The notes: generated by a model not told the origin, from the letters alone. Shown: positions 8,745 through 19,459, numbered from the stretch's first letter. The stretch is DNA of 64,000 bases from Alphaproteobacteria bacterium (GCA_964291285.2 OZ219785.1:64001-128000); one strand, 5' to 3'. Numbers and translations are program-made.

Positions 8745-10820
8745 TCAGCTCCAGTCGGAGACGCGGCCGCCGACGGCATTGGAGGGACGCGGCGTTGCTT
8801 TCAATTTCGAGCCGGCGTCCGGCGCACCGTCCCCGCTCTCCGGCGCCTTCGCGTCCGCCGTTTCGGGCACCGCCCCATCCGGCTGCGGATCGCCGGCCTC
8901 GCCCGGCAGGGGAAGCAGCGCCAACTCGCCCTGCCAGGCCGCGGGCTCCGGCGGCACGCCGGGCGCGTCGGGATCGTCGAAGGGGTGGGGCTCCTCGGTG
9001 TTTGGCGGCTCCGGGATCGCGATTTCGCCATTTGCGGGACGTGGAGCGGCGGACGCCTCACCCGGCTCTGCCCCCTCGTCCTCGCGCGCAACGAACCGCT
9101 CCGCCGCCTTCGGCCGGGCGATGTATTTCAGGCGGATGGAGGCGACCGGGAACGGGCCTGGGAACTTCAGATAGCCCTCCAGGTTGGCGAGGCGCATGAT
9201 CTCGGACGGCAGCGCCAGGGCGCGCAGCTCGCGGCGCGGCGTCAGCGACACCCCGTCGCGGATGGTGTTGGCGCCGTAGGAGAACCCTTCCGCCACTTCC
9301 TCGATCTCGCTGCGCCCGAGGCTGTCGGCCGACCATTGCGCGGTGTCCCGGTCGGGCGCGGCCAGCACCACCCGCGTGCCGCAAAGGCCGGATACGGTCT
9401 CCGCGCCGTTCCTTCCGTAAAGGTCGCGGAGCGCCGAAGCGACCTGGACCCCCAGCACGAAACAGCCGCCGAACTGGCGCGACTCGGCAAGGCCCGGCTG
9501 GAGGCTCGGTACCTGGTGGAGCGTGGGCAGCTCGTCGAGGATGACCCAGATGCGCCGCCCGTCGTCCTGGGCCAGCGACAGCATCGCGTTCACCGCGATC
9601 TCCAGCCAGGTGGAGATGAGCCCCCGCAGGCTGGCGTGCTGGTCGCCCCTGGACGTGAGGAACAGGAACCCGCCGCGCTTCTCGTCGGATATCCATTCCC
9701 GGATCGAGAAGGGCTCGCCCTCGTCCGGCAGGAACTCCAGCGCCGAGAGGTTGGCGGTCAGCATGGCGCGCACGCTGAGCGCCGTCTTCGGGTTCTCGGG
9801 ATCGACGATGGACTGCGCGACCGTGCCCTCCATCGCCTGGGCCAGCTCGGTCAACTCGGTCTTGAGCAGGCGGTCGACAAGGACCCGGTTCCGGGTCTCG
9901 CCCTTCTGGCGCAGCACCCCGGCGCCGTTGGCGAAGAGCTGGCGCGCCGCCGTCACCCAGAACGGGTCCACCGTGTCCTTCTGCTGCGGGATCAGCGCGG
10001 CGGCCATCATGTCGAAGTCGCGGGGATTGCGCGCCTCGTAGAAGGGCGACCAGCGCGGCGCGCGGGCATCGAGCGGGTTCAGAAGCACGTCGCGGTCGCG
10101 ATCGAAGAAGGCGGCCGTGTAGGAGCCCATCTTGTCGTAGAGGATGCAGCGCTCGCCGCGCGCGCGGATCTGGGCCACAAGGTCGGAGATCAGCACCGTC
10201 TTGCCGGAGCCCGTGGTGCCCGAGACGATGGTGTGCTGGGTCTCGGTGCGCTCCGGCCAGGGGATGCCGGCGATCGAGTAGGGGCGCAGCCGCTTGCCGC
10301 CCGGAAGCCTGGCGAGCGCGCGGTGATGGGCGGGCCTGACCCGCCGGCGCAGCTCCCCGGCCGTAACCATTTCCGCGCCCCTGATGCGCTTCTGCCGGCC
10401 CAGCTGCGCGCCCCGGAGCCAGAACGCGACAAGGAACAGCCCGATCAGACCCGCTCCGGACGCCGCGCCGAGCCCGGCGCTGGCGAACATCTGGTCCCGG
10501 ATCCGCTCCCGCGCGTTCATGGCCGGGACGGAGGCGGCGATGTCGCGGATGAAGAGCACGTGCCGCGTGCCATCGGCGAACCGCACCTCCTGGCCGGTCT
10601 CCGGGCTGTAGCCGAGCGCCAGCTGGACTTCGGCCAGCGTCACCATGCCGGCGGCGTACCACTCCGCGCCCGTGGTCCGGTGCCACAACGTCCAGGCCGG
10701 CACGGCGACGGTGGTGAAGGCCGCGAACAGCATGGCGGCCCGGAACAGCTGGCCCCACATGCGGATCGCGTGGAAGACGGTCTGGCCGCCCCTCAGCGTG
10801 CTGCCGCCGATGCCGCGCAT
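8745..10820 (-). CDS. traD: Type IV coupling protein TraD
   Basis: N-terminal TM segments, GTTGSGKT Walker A, LDELPTL Walker B, ESRQFGGCFVLGVQ. Confidence 0.95.
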   Translation of the reverse strand: MRGIGGSTLRGGQTVFHAIRMWGQLFRAAMLFAAFTTVAVPAWTLWHRTTGAEWYAAGMVTLAEVQLALGYSPETGQEVRFADGTRHVLFIRDIAASVPAMNARERIRDQMFASAGLGAASGAGLIGLFLVAFWLRGAQLGRQKRIRGAEMVTAGELRRRVRPAHHRALARLPGGKRLRPYSIAGIPWPERTETQHTIVSGTTGSGKTVLISDLVAQIRARGERCILYDKMGSYTAAFFDRDRDVLLNPLDARAPRWSPFYEARNPRDFDMMAAALIPQQKDTVDPFWVTAARQLFANGAGVLRQKGETRNRVLVDRLLKTELTELAQAMEGTVAQSIVDPENPKTALSVRAMLTANLSALEFLPDEGEPFSIREWISDEKRGGFLFLTSRGDQHASLRGLISTWLEIAVNAMLSLAQDDGRRIWVILDELPTLHQVPSLQPGLAESRQFGGCFVLGVQVASALRDLYGRNGAETVSGLCGTRVVLAAPDRDTAQWSADSLGRSEIEEVAEGFSYGANTIRDGVSLTPRRELRALALPSEIMRLANLEGYLKFPGPFPVASIRLKYIARPKAAERFVAREDEGAEPGEASAAPRPANGEIAIPEPPNTEEPHPFDDPDAPGVPPEPAAWQGELALLPLPGEAGDPQPDGAVPETADAKAPESGDGAPDAGSKLKATPRPSNAVGGRVSDWS

Positions 10821-10931
10821 GGCCGGTCTCCTTCAGCTTGCGTGAATCGCCGCCGGGAGGCGGAGGGACGCGGGGTCCGGGCGAAGGGGAATGGGCCGGA
10901 GAGGGTCCGCTCGCCGATACCACCGGAGGCG

Positions 10932-11282
10932 ATGACCATGACGCGCACATCGAAGAGTCCCGACGCCGCCCGGCCGACCCGGCGCGAACGCGCCGTCGTG
11001 CTCGGCGGTTTCGCCGTCGCGGCGCTCGCTACCGCGCCTGCCATGCTGCTCGATGGCGGTCTGGAGGCCGCGGCCGCGCTCTGGCTCGCGGCGGCCGTTT
11101 GGGCGTTCATCGCGTCGCTGGCGCTGGCGCTGCGGCGCGGTCTCCGGGACTGCGACTGGAGCGCCTTCCGCCGCTCCGAACTGCCCGAGGACAAGGACAC
11201 GCTCAACTGGAGCCTGAGGAGCGGGAGCTATGCGTACATGCGCATTGCCGAGGAGAACGAGCGGCTGATGTGCGGCGACTGA
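10932..11282 (+). CDS. Small two-TM membrane protein convergent with traG (entry-exclusion candidate)
   Basis: GGAGG RBS before ATG 10932; 116 aa with two hydrophobic segments. Confidence 0.55.
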   Translation: MTMTRTSKSPDAARPTRRERAVVLGGFAVAALATAPAMLLDGGLEAAAALWLAAAVWAFIASLALALRRGLRDCDWSAFRRSELPEDKDTLNWSLRSGSYAYMRIAEENERLMCGD

Positions 11283-11305
11283 GCCCGGGAATGCCGCCCT
11301 ACCGG

Positions 11306-14221
11306 TCACGGCGAGGAGGCTCCCCAGTCCTTTTCGTCCTGCCGCCGCCCGGTTTCCGCCGCACCGGGCGCGCCGTCGGGTGCGGCGTTCTGCGCCGATC
11401 CGAACAGCTTGCCGGCGAGCCAGTCGCCCACCACCGGCAGGTTCTCGGTAGCGTGCTGCGCGAACGGCTTGTTCGTCTCGACGGCGACGCCCGCGCGGCC
11501 CCCGGCGGCCTCGTCCCGCGTCACCGTCTGCCGCGCCTCGCGGGCCGCTCCCTTCATGGTCATGTCGGTCTTCGTCTCGACCCGCTCGGCCATCGCCGCC
11601 GCCCCGGTCTCGCCCGGAGCCGGCGCGCCCGCATCCTCCGCCCGGCCGCGCACGACCGCCGACCAGCCGGCATGGGCGGCAGCGGTCTCGCGGGCATAGC
11701 CGCCGCGCAGCGCGCCGACGGCGGCCTCGTATTCCGCCGCGCCGCCGACGGTGGACGGGTCCGGCCCGGCAGGCGCCGGATATTTCTCGTCGATGAACCG
11801 GGCGGCATATTCGCGGAGCTGCTCGGAGTCCTCCGCCGTTTGCGGCGAGGCGATGCGCATGGCGCCGGCCGCCCCGATCGCGCGCCCGTCCGTGCCCGGC
11901 TGCTCCGAGAGCCACGCGAAGAAGGGCTGGCCGAGCTCGCGCTCGATCGCCTGGGCGTCCGCGCGCACCTGGGCGGCCTGCTCGGACCAGCTCTCGGATT
12001 CCTGCCTTGCCAGCGAGGCGCGCTCCTGGAAGCTGCGCATGCGCGTCAGGTTGGCGCTCAGGCTCTCGTCGAGGCCCGCCGTCTCGCTGTCGCCCGTCTG
12101 GGTCGAGTAGCGCCTAGACGCATCGGCGACCTGGGACCAGGTCTCGGTCACGCCGTGCTGGCGGTCATACTCCTTCATCCGGTTCCAGGCGTCCTGCTCG
12201 ATGGTCTGGCCGCGCCACATCACCGAGCCGTCCGCCCTCGCCTTGACGAGGAAGTCCCAGCCGCCGCCGACGCTGGCCCGGCCGGTCAGCACCGCCGCCT
12301 GGTCCTTCGCGATCCCCGCAATCTCCGCGAGCCTTTCGTGATGCGTGTCCAGCGCCTGCGCCTGGCTCGACTCGCTCTCGGTCACGCCGCGCGCATAGGC
12401 CTCGCCCGTGCTGACATCGTGGGAGTAGCGGTCGATCATCGCGGTGGCGTCGGTGACGGCGGCATTCCTCGCCATGCCGGCCTCCGCCGACCAGTGGCGC
12501 GAGACGCCCCGGGCTTCCGCCGCGCGCTGTTCATGACTCGTGGCAAGCGATTCCGACAGCCTCACCCCGGCCGCCGGAATGCGGCTGGTGGCGGCGCCCG
12601 CGTCGGCCACCACGGTCCCGTCGCCGGTCACCGTCATAGCGGCGCCCATGGGCGCGTAGCCGGTGTAGCGGTCGCTGTCGACATGGGTGGAAGTGCGGAT
12701 CTGGCGGCCTTCCAGGGTCGCGAACCGGTGGGTGTCGTAACCCGTGTTGGCGAGCGAGAGGTTGCCGGTGGTGCCCTCGTGCGCGGCGGACGAGGCCGCA
12801 TCCTGGCCCACTGCCAGCACCGAGGTCGCGAGCACCGTCGCCTTGGAAAGCCCGTAGGCGAGCGCGGCGGCGAGAAACGGCACCGACATCGAGAGGTATC
12901 CCGACATCACCGCCACATCCGAGGCGACGGCCCTTATGCCCGCCTGCGCGACCAGCGAGATGCCGATGTCGCCGTCGGGCATGAGCGCCGCCGCCTGCAT
13001 CCTCTCGGCCGCCTCGCCCATGCTGATCCGGTGCAGCACCGCGTAGAGCGGGCCCCAGGACTGGAGCCAGATCAGCCCGGTGACGTAGGAGCGGAAGATC
13101 GCTGTGCCCGCCGGGGTCAGCATCAGCAGCACCGCCATAGGGAACGCCCCGATATAGAGGCACTCGAACACGATCCGCAGCAGCGGTACCCAGGTCTCCG
13201 CCTGCCTGCCGATCGCCCGGTAGGCGGAGACCGTCTGTGCCTCCGCCCGCGCCTCGGTGTAGGCGCGCAGCGCGGCGGCGTTGCCGGCCTCCGCCGCCCA
13301 TTGCTCGCCCGCGCCGTGGACCGCGTTCAGCACCATCTGCTGGCGCATGATCTCCGCCGCCGAGCGCGAGGCGCCGATGAGGAAGGTGTGGGAGGCCGGG
13401 AGCGCCGCCAGCAGCTCGGCCCGGGCAAGCGCGTCGCTGCGCGCGTCCGGGAAGATGCGCCTGCCGAAGATCGTCCCGGCGCGCTGAATCTCGGCGTTCC
13501 ACTGCGCATTCAGCCTGCCCGCCCCGTCGCGGCAGGTGACGACCTGGCGGTCCATCGTGGCGGCCCCGCCGGCGCCCGCCGCGCCGCGGGTCGCGAACTC
13601 GAACATGCGCGCGGGCGAGGCCCCGGCGGACGGCGTGCCGGTCGCCGTCACCAGCCGCCAGAGGTCGGTGGATTCGCGCAGATCGTCGGCCGTGACGTGG
13701 CCCAGCAGCAGCGCGTGGAACACGCACTGGCGGGCGTAGTTGCGGATGTTCCTCGCGAACACCGCGTCGGTGATCTCCAGCCGCGTCGCCTTGGCCGCAA
13801 GCCTCGCCCCGAAGATCAGCCCGTGCCTCTGGTAGACGAGGTCGTTCGGCAGCGCGAACGCCTGCTCGGTGAGCCGCGTGAGCCCGTCGCCGACCTGACT
13901 GGTGAGCGAGGCGAACAGCGCGAGCCCGATGGGGACGTTGGCGACCACCGCGGGCGCCAGGGTCGGATCGAGACGGTCCACCACCCTGACGGTCGCCTTC
14001 GGCACGATCATCGCGCCCCAGACGGCGGCGAACAGCAGCATCCACTTGGCGTTGTCCTTCCACGAGCCGCCGAAGGCGGTGCGGAACAGGACCCAGGCGA
14101 GGCCGGCGGCGCCGGCAATCTGGGCGAGCGTGATATAGGCGCCGCCCGAGGTAATGGCGGCGACCGCGTTCAGCAGGTCGACGAGATAGGCGCCGCCGCC
14201 AAGGGTGAAGAGCTCGTACAT
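11306..14221 (-). CDS. traG: Mating-pair stabilisation protein TraG
   Basis: Starts MYELFTLGGGAYLVDLLNAVAA; VANVPIGLALFAS, WLQSWGPLYAVLH of TraG_N; long soluble tail. Confidence 0.92.
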   Translation of the reverse strand: MYELFTLGGGAYLVDLLNAVAAITSGGAYITLAQIAGAAGLAWVLFRTAFGGSWKDNAKWMLLFAAVWGAMIVPKATVRVVDRLDPTLAPAVVANVPIGLALFASLTSQVGDGLTRLTEQAFALPNDLVYQRHGLIFGARLAAKATRLEITDAVFARNIRNYARQCVFHALLLGHVTADDLRESTDLWRLVTATGTPSAGASPARMFEFATRGAAGAGGAATMDRQVVTCRDGAGRLNAQWNAEIQRAGTIFGRRIFPDARSDALARAELLAALPASHTFLIGASRSAAEIMRQQMVLNAVHGAGEQWAAEAGNAAALRAYTEARAEAQTVSAYRAIGRQAETWVPLLRIVFECLYIGAFPMAVLLMLTPAGTAIFRSYVTGLIWLQSWGPLYAVLHRISMGEAAERMQAAALMPDGDIGISLVAQAGIRAVASDVAVMSGYLSMSVPFLAAALAYGLSKATVLATSVLAVGQDAASSAAHEGTTGNLSLANTGYDTHRFATLEGRQIRTSTHVDSDRYTGYAPMGAAMTVTGDGTVVADAGAATSRIPAAGVRLSESLATSHEQRAAEARGVSRHWSAEAGMARNAAVTDATAMIDRYSHDVSTGEAYARGVTESESSQAQALDTHHERLAEIAGIAKDQAAVLTGRASVGGGWDFLVKARADGSVMWRGQTIEQDAWNRMKEYDRQHGVTETWSQVADASRRYSTQTGDSETAGLDESLSANLTRMRSFQERASLARQESESWSEQAAQVRADAQAIERELGQPFFAWLSEQPGTDGRAIGAAGAMRIASPQTAEDSEQLREYAARFIDEKYPAPAGPDPSTVGGAAEYEAAVGALRGGYARETAAAHAGWSAVVRGRAEDAGAPAPGETGAAAMAERVETKTDMTMKGAAREARQTVTRDEAAGGRAGVAVETNKPFAQHATENLPVVGDWLAGKLFGSAQNAAPDGAPGAAETGRRQDEKDWGASSP

Positions 14222-14235
14222 ATTATATAAGGGAC

Positions 14236-15663
14236 CTACCGCGACCCGGCCCCGGCGCCGCCGCGCGCGAACGCCAGCGCGGCGCGCAGATCGGCCGAGA
14301 GCGCGCCCGCGAGCTCGGTCTCGATCAGGCGCAGCTTCTCGACCACGGCGAGCGCGGTATTGAGGCGCTGGAGCCCCTGGTGGCGGTGCCGCGCGAGCGC
14401 AATCCGGTTGGTCCTGAGCCCCTCGCGCCAGCGCTTGAGCTGCTCGCCGTCGGCGATATCCAGCGTGCCGGCCCTTTCCTCGACCGTGCGGTGCAGGTCG
14501 GTGATCCAGACCTGCATGACATCGAGCGCGACGGCCTCGGCGAGCGCGTCCATCTCCTGGTCGATCACCGCGCCCCGGTAGGCCGCCGCCGTGTTGGCGA
14601 CCCGGTAGACCGGCAGCGTGGTGAGGTTGACCAGCCCCAGGGCCGGCGCGGGCACGGCGGTGTCGTTGCGCACCGCGTCGACCATGTCGCGCAGCAGTTC
14701 CGCCACCCGCGCCCGGAAGCCCCGGTTGGGCGGCACGGTCGCCGTGCCCAGCGCCGGGTTGAGGCAGTCGGCGTTCGTGTCGCAGCGGTAGACCGGGAGC
14801 TGGCCGCCGCCCTCCATCAGGGTCTCGGTGACGCGGCGGTCGAGCGCCAGCGGCTCCAGGATGCGCACCCTGGGCCCGGACGTATCGCCGTCGGAGGTGG
14901 GCGCCGTGACGATCACCGTGCCGGTGACCGCCATGGCGAACTCGGCGAGCTGGGTGTCGCCGGACAGGAACGAGGACGCCCGGATCGCCTTCCAGGCGTA
15001 GTTGACGTTGACCGGCACCTGGTCCGCCATCGCGCCCGAGGCGGCCGCCAGGGTCGAGTTGCGCTTGCCGTCGGCGCCGCAGCCGTGCTTCGCGGCGGCA
15101 TAGTCGGAGAAGATGCCCTGCGACGTGCCGATCGCCGCGCAGATCGACGCGCTCGCCCGGTCGTTCTTCGACCATGCGGCGCCGACCAGCGCCTGCGCGG
15201 TCTCGCAGCTGTTGAGGTTCTGCGCGTTCACCCACTGCGCCAGCGCCCTGAGCTTGGCCATGGTCTCCGCGATCACCGGCGAGATGGTCTCCAGCGCGAG
15301 CTCGAAGGCGAAGCCCGCCGCGTTCTGCGCCACCGCCCTGCCGAAGGCGATCAGCTGGTCGGAGTTGATGAACGAGAAGGCGCCGGCGAAGGCGTCGATC
15401 CCGCCGCAGCCGGCCCGGAAGGAGGGCAGGTTGACCGTCGCGACCTGCTCGGAGCGCACGGGCGACCTCAGATAGAGGTTGCCGAGCGTCCAGTGGCCGG
15501 AGGCCTGGCCCTGGAAGGCGGTCGGCCCCGTGGTGTTGACCGCCGCGCCCTGCCAGAAGCGGTTCATCTCCGAGAGCACGTCGGCGGACGCCGGTGCGGC
15601 CGCGATGATCGACGCCGCGAGCGCCAATGCCGGAACCGAATATCTGCGCAACTCAGTAATCAT
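14236..15663 (-). CDS. traH: F-type pilus assembly protein TraH
   Basis: Signal peptide; PSFRAGCGGIDAFAGAFSFIN; NSCETAQ. Confidence 0.95.
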   Translation of the reverse strand: MITELRRYSVPALALAASIIAAAPASADVLSEMNRFWQGAAVNTTGPTAFQGQASGHWTLGNLYLRSPVRSEQVATVNLPSFRAGCGGIDAFAGAFSFINSDQLIAFGRAVAQNAAGFAFELALETISPVIAETMAKLRALAQWVNAQNLNSCETAQALVGAAWSKNDRASASICAAIGTSQGIFSDYAAAKHGCGADGKRNSTLAAASGAMADQVPVNVNYAWKAIRASSFLSGDTQLAEFAMAVTGTVIVTAPTSDGDTSGPRVRILEPLALDRRVTETLMEGGGQLPVYRCDTNADCLNPALGTATVPPNRGFRARVAELLRDMVDAVRNDTAVPAPALGLVNLTTLPVYRVANTAAAYRGAVIDQEMDALAEAVALDVMQVWITDLHRTVEERAGTLDIADGEQLKRWREGLRTNRIALARHRHQGLQRLNTALAVVEKLRLIETELAGALSADLRAALAFARGGAGAGSR

Positions 15664-16489
15664 GTCCTGGCTCCAGGGCGGTGAGAGCGAAGATCCGCTC
15701 GGCCATCTCGTCCTCGGCCATCACGCCGAAGCCGACCGGCAGGACACGCTTCGTCTCGCTGTCGAACAGCACCAGGGCGGGGACCGGCGCATCGCCGAGG
15801 CCGAGCCGGGCCGCGCGGCCGTTATCCGGCACCGCCTCGGGCCATCCCTCCAGCGCCTCGCCGCTGAGCGACACCGCGAGCACGTCAAGGCGGTGGCGCA
15901 TGGCGAAGGCGCGCAGCAGCGGGCCGAACACCCGGCACGCCGGGCAGCCCGCATGGCCGAGATAGATCAGCCCGTAACGCTCCCCGAGCCGGGCCAGTGC
16001 TGCGTCGCGGGCCTGCCGCCGTTCGTCGGACCAGACCTGTTTCGCCAGCGCGCCCACAGGGCGCTTCAGCGTGTAGTCGAGTTCCGGCGTCGCCCAGACC
16101 GTGCGCCGGAACGCGTCGGAGAACGCGGCCGCCCGTTGCAGGGTCTCCTGCTGGAGGCGCAGATAGGCGGTGACGTTGGCCGGCGTCGGATCGAGGATCG
16201 CCGCCGCGCGAGCCTCCTCCAGCGCCTTGCGCATCGCCTCGATGCGAGCCGTAGCGGAATGTTCGTTGCCGGCAGGGGGCGGCGTTGGCGGCACGAGCGC
16301 AGGTTGCGCCTCTTGCGGCTCCACCTCCTGCCGGTCGCAGTAGAAGTGCCAGCCGAGCGAAGCGCCGGAACCCTCATTGGCGCACCACGGACGCCATTCC
16401 GTCGCCACGGCAGCCTGGGCGGCCAACGCCGTCCACACGACCGCCCCGGCGAGAACGCGTTTCAGCGCCCGTATGACAGCGCGCATCAT
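15653..16489 (-). CDS. traF: F-type pilus assembly thioredoxin-like protein TraF
   Basis: GWHFYCD, AILDPTPANV, WATPELDY, CPAC thioredoxin motif. Confidence 0.9.
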   Translation of the reverse strand: MMRAVIRALKRVLAGAVVWTALAAQAAVATEWRPWCANEGSGASLGWHFYCDRQEVEPQEAQPALVPPTPPPAGNEHSATARIEAMRKALEEARAAAILDPTPANVTAYLRLQQETLQRAAAFSDAFRRTVWATPELDYTLKRPVGALAKQVWSDERRQARDAALARLGERYGLIYLGHAGCPACRVFGPLLRAFAMRHRLDVLAVSLSGEALEGWPEAVPDNGRAARLGLGDAPVPALVLFDSETKRVLPVGFGVMAEDEMAERIFALTALEPGHDY

Positions 16490-17634
16490 TACTGCCCTCG
16501 CCGGTAGAAGTCGCGGATACGCGTGCGCATGACCGCCCCCGTGTCGCCCGCGTCGGGCAGCGACACCGACGGTTCGCGGGAGCCGTCCATCAGGTCCTCG
16601 GTGAACTCGGAAAGATCGAGGCTGGCGAAGTCGATCCCCTCGATCTCCGCGACCGTAAGGCCCCGGCAGCTCGACCAGCCGATGCCGAGCTGGCGGCGGC
16701 CCTGCTGCTGCAAGATGCGCCCGAGCTTGGAGCCGAACACGCACCAGGCCCGCGAATGGCGGATGCAGATGCCGAACAGGGTCTTCTTCGAACAGTAGCG
16801 ACCGAGATAGTGGGTGTTGCCGGCGTTGCGTTCCTCCGCCAGCTCGATTTCCGAGGCCGAGCAGTTGGCGAGACCGACCAGGGCGCCTGAGTTCTTGCAG
16901 CAGTTGGCCAGCCCGAACAGCTTGATGTGGCAGGCCCGGCGCGTTCCCTTGAAGAAGCGCATGTCCTGGCGGTCGAACTCGTCGCCGCCCAGCTCCAGCG
17001 CCATGTTGAGCCGCGTCGTTGCGTTCACGAACCCGGTGTTCGATTGCGAGGGAACGGTCTCGCAGCCGGCGCCGACGCAGTAGCGCACCGAGCCGCAGGA
17101 GCCCCCGGACTGCGCGTCCCGAAGCCCGGCGTTGCAGTTCCTGGCGCCGCCCGAGGCGAGGCCGTCCGCGCGGTGAACGGACGAGTGCGGCGAGGCCGAG
17201 ACGGTCTCCGAGCGCCGCACCATCGGATCGCTTGCCGGCACGTTCGCGGCGGGCCGGCTCGTCGTCCCCCGGACCACCGCGCGTCCGGCGGCGCCGCCCG
17301 GGTCGCCCGGGTCGGCAAGGCGCGCGCGGGCCGCGTCTTCCATGCCGGAGGCCGTCAGGTTCCGTTCGGGCACCTCCGTTCCCGCGTAGCCCGGCACCTT
17401 GCCCGCGCTCGCGGCGTCACGCGCGATCGCGCCCGCCGCGGCAGCGCCGGAACTGCCGATGGCGCGCGCCGCGGCCTTCGGGTCCTCTGCCCGCGCCGCC
17501 ATGCCGGAGACCACCCAAAGCGTCAGGCAGACCAGCGCGAACATCGCCGTCCAGGTCAGCAGCCGCACGATCCGGGTCGCACGGTCGATCGCGACCGCGA
17601 TGCGGTCTTCCGAATGTTCGGTCGGTTCCGTCAT
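16489..17634 (-). CDS. traN: Short TraN mating-pair stabilisation protein
   Basis: Cys-rich C-terminus FKG..RAC...NCCK...YCS...WCVFGSKLGRILQQQGR..L...CRGLT...IDFASLDLSEF. Confidence 0.88.
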   Translation of the reverse strand: MTEPTEHSEDRIAVAIDRATRIVRLLTWTAMFALVCLTLWVVSGMAARAEDPKAAARAIGSSGAAAAGAIARDAASAGKVPGYAGTEVPERNLTASGMEDAARARLADPGDPGGAAGRAVVRGTTSRPAANVPASDPMVRRSETVSASPHSSVHRADGLASGGARNCNAGLRDAQSGGSCGSVRYCVGAGCETVPSQSNTGFVNATTRLNMALELGGDEFDRQDMRFFKGTRRACHIKLFGLANCCKNSGALVGLANCSASEIELAEERNAGNTHYLGRYCSKKTLFGICIRHSRAWCVFGSKLGRILQQQGRRQLGIGWSSCRGLTVAEIEGIDFASLDLSEFTEDLMDGSREPSVSLPDAGDTGAVMRTRIRDFYRRGQ

Positions 17635-18413
17635 TGCCGGTCATCTCCCGTCAGGCGTTCGAGGAGGGCTTGCGCGACCTCACGCCCGGCCTCGCCTTCG
17701 CCGGCGACGGCCTCCAGTGCGGTTGTGAGCCCGATGTTTCCCGTAACGCGGTCATGGGGCGGCGCGGGATCGTCCGCACAGCCCCGGCTCCGGCAGGGCG
17801 GCACGCCGCCCGGCACGACCACCACGGCGGGCACCCGCTCGATTCTGAACAGGCGGAACAGGCGCGGGTCGACGGCGACCCCAGCCTCCGCGCCGCCGAG
17901 GCGGTCGCCGATTTCCTTGGCGGTCGCTGGCAGTCCGTCTTCCGACACGCCGCGCAGCACCAACGGGATCCCGATGCTGGCCGCCTCACGCGCCCATTGC
18001 CGCCACGATGCCGCCGGCACCGAAAGGCTGGTGAAGATCAGGATTTCGGCCGTGCCGGCGCGTCCGGCTGCGCCTCGTATAATTCCCGCCGCATGACGTT
18101 CGGCCGGGAGCGGATCGGCGGACCGTCCCGGCGATCCGGGAGCCTGCCCCGGGCGTGATCCGGGAACGGTCTGCCTGGCGGCCGACCCGGCGCGGCCCAG
18201 AGCGCGCTCAATCACGCCGCGCGTCCACTCGCCGAGCGGCTCCCCGTCATTGCCGTCGGCCTTGCGAAGCACGTCCTCGACCAGCCGCGCCGCGTCCTCA
18301 TCCGGGGTCGATACACGCGACAATTCATCTGCCTGCACCGACCCGAACCAGCACGCCGCCAGTAGCAGGGCGATCAGAAACAGGACTGTCGGGGCTTGCC
18401 GGAGACTGCGCAT
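17631..18413 (-). CDS. trbC: F-type pilus assembly protein TrbC
   Basis: LIFTSLSVP, LVLRG, VDPRLFRLFRIERVPAVV, GNIGLTTALE. Confidence 0.88.
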   Translation of the reverse strand: MRSLRQAPTVLFLIALLLAACWFGSVQADELSRVSTPDEDAARLVEDVLRKADGNDGEPLGEWTRGVIERALGRAGSAARQTVPGSRPGQAPGSPGRSADPLPAERHAAGIIRGAAGRAGTAEILIFTSLSVPAASWRQWAREAASIGIPLVLRGVSEDGLPATAKEIGDRLGGAEAGVAVDPRLFRLFRIERVPAVVVVPGGVPPCRSRGCADDPAPPHDRVTGNIGLTTALEAVAGEGEAGREVAQALLERLTGDDRQ

Positions 18414-18457
18414 CGGGTTATCCTTACAGTGGAAATTGTCATGATTTATCAATAGGT

Positions 18458-19459
18458 TCAGAGCAAACAACAGTTGCGCTTGCGCCACAGCAGGTATCCG
18501 AAGTTCTCGCCCGCGACCGGCAGTTCGCGCAGGGTTTCCCACAAGACCGAGGAGCGTCCGGTCGGGTTGCAGCCGGTGAACGGGTCGACGGCCGGCACCG
18601 GCTGGGTCATCTGCCAGCGGTACTGCGATTTCTGCATGATCGGCATCGGATAGCGCCCGCAGAGCGCGCCGGAGCCGAACGTGCCCCAGGCCAGCCCGGC
18701 GCGGTGCAGCCGGTAGAGCAGGCGCTGGGACGCCAGCAGAGAGGCCTGCACCCCGCCGACATGCGCCGCGACGTTGCCGGTCAGCGGATACATCCCGCCC
18801 TGGCAGCCCGCGCACCAGAACATCGGATCGAGCGGCAATCCCACGGAGGACGCGGCGCAGTCGGCGGCGCACGCCGCCTGGGCCGGCAGGTTGGCGAACA
18901 GGGCCGCCTCCGGGTTGAGCAGGAAGCTGAGCTCGTCGTCGAGCCAGGCCGGGTCGAGTTCCGAGGCCCAGGCGATATCGAGGCCGCCGCCCTCCAGGCA
19001 GCCGAGATCGAGCAGCACCCCGATCCAGGAGAGCAGCGGATACATGTAGTAATGCGCGTGCCAGACCGAGCCCTTGGCGCCGTCGCCGCCGGCCGCCCCG
19101 GTGCGTCCGCGCCCGGCCGGCAGGCCGGGATTTATCGTGAGGCCGCCGAGATTGGGGAAGCACCAGGGCGCCCGCGTCGCGTCGACCAGCCTGGCCGGCT
19201 CCCAGACCCCGAGCGAGAGGCCGATGCGCGGGATTGGCGAGCCGCAGAGGCAGATCGGCGATGACGGGTTCGGCGTGTCCAGCACGCCGGAAACGCTGCC
19301 GATAGTGATCGGCCCGATCGAGATCGGGAAGATGCACTCCCAGCAGACGTCCGAGATCGGATTGACGAACCGCCCGGTGCAGGCCTGCGCCAACGCCGCG
19401 CCGGACCAGAGCACGGCCGCAAGGGCGAACGCCGCCGGAGTGCCAAACCGGCGAATCAT
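18458..19459 (-). CDS. traU: TraU
   Basis: CTGRFVNPISDVCWECIFPISIG ... YLLWRKRNCC. Confidence 0.95.
   Translation of the reverse strand: MIRRFGTPAAFALAAVLWSGAALAQACTGRFVNPISDVCWECIFPISIGPITIGSVSGVLDTPNPSSPICLCGSPIPRIGLSLGVWEPARLVDATRAPWCFPNLGGLTINPGLPAGRGRTGAAGGDGAKGSVWHAHYYMYPLLSWIGVLLDLGCLEGGGLDIAWASELDPAWLDDELSFLLNPEAALFANLPAQAACAADCAASSVGLPLDPMFWCAGCQGGMYPLTGNVAAHVGGVQASLLASQRLLYRLHRAGLAWGTFGSGALCGRYPMPIMQKSQYRWQMTQPVPAVDPFTGCNPTGRSSVLWETLRELPVAGENFGYLLWRKRNCCLL

Noticed and set aside
5558-14230. Very long + strand ORFs (1213, 846, 1130 aa) and similar ones elsewhere (for example 23635-26247 and 36064-38430)
   Set aside because: They are antisense shadows of real genes in high-GC DNA, Arg/Gly/Pro-rich with no motifs.
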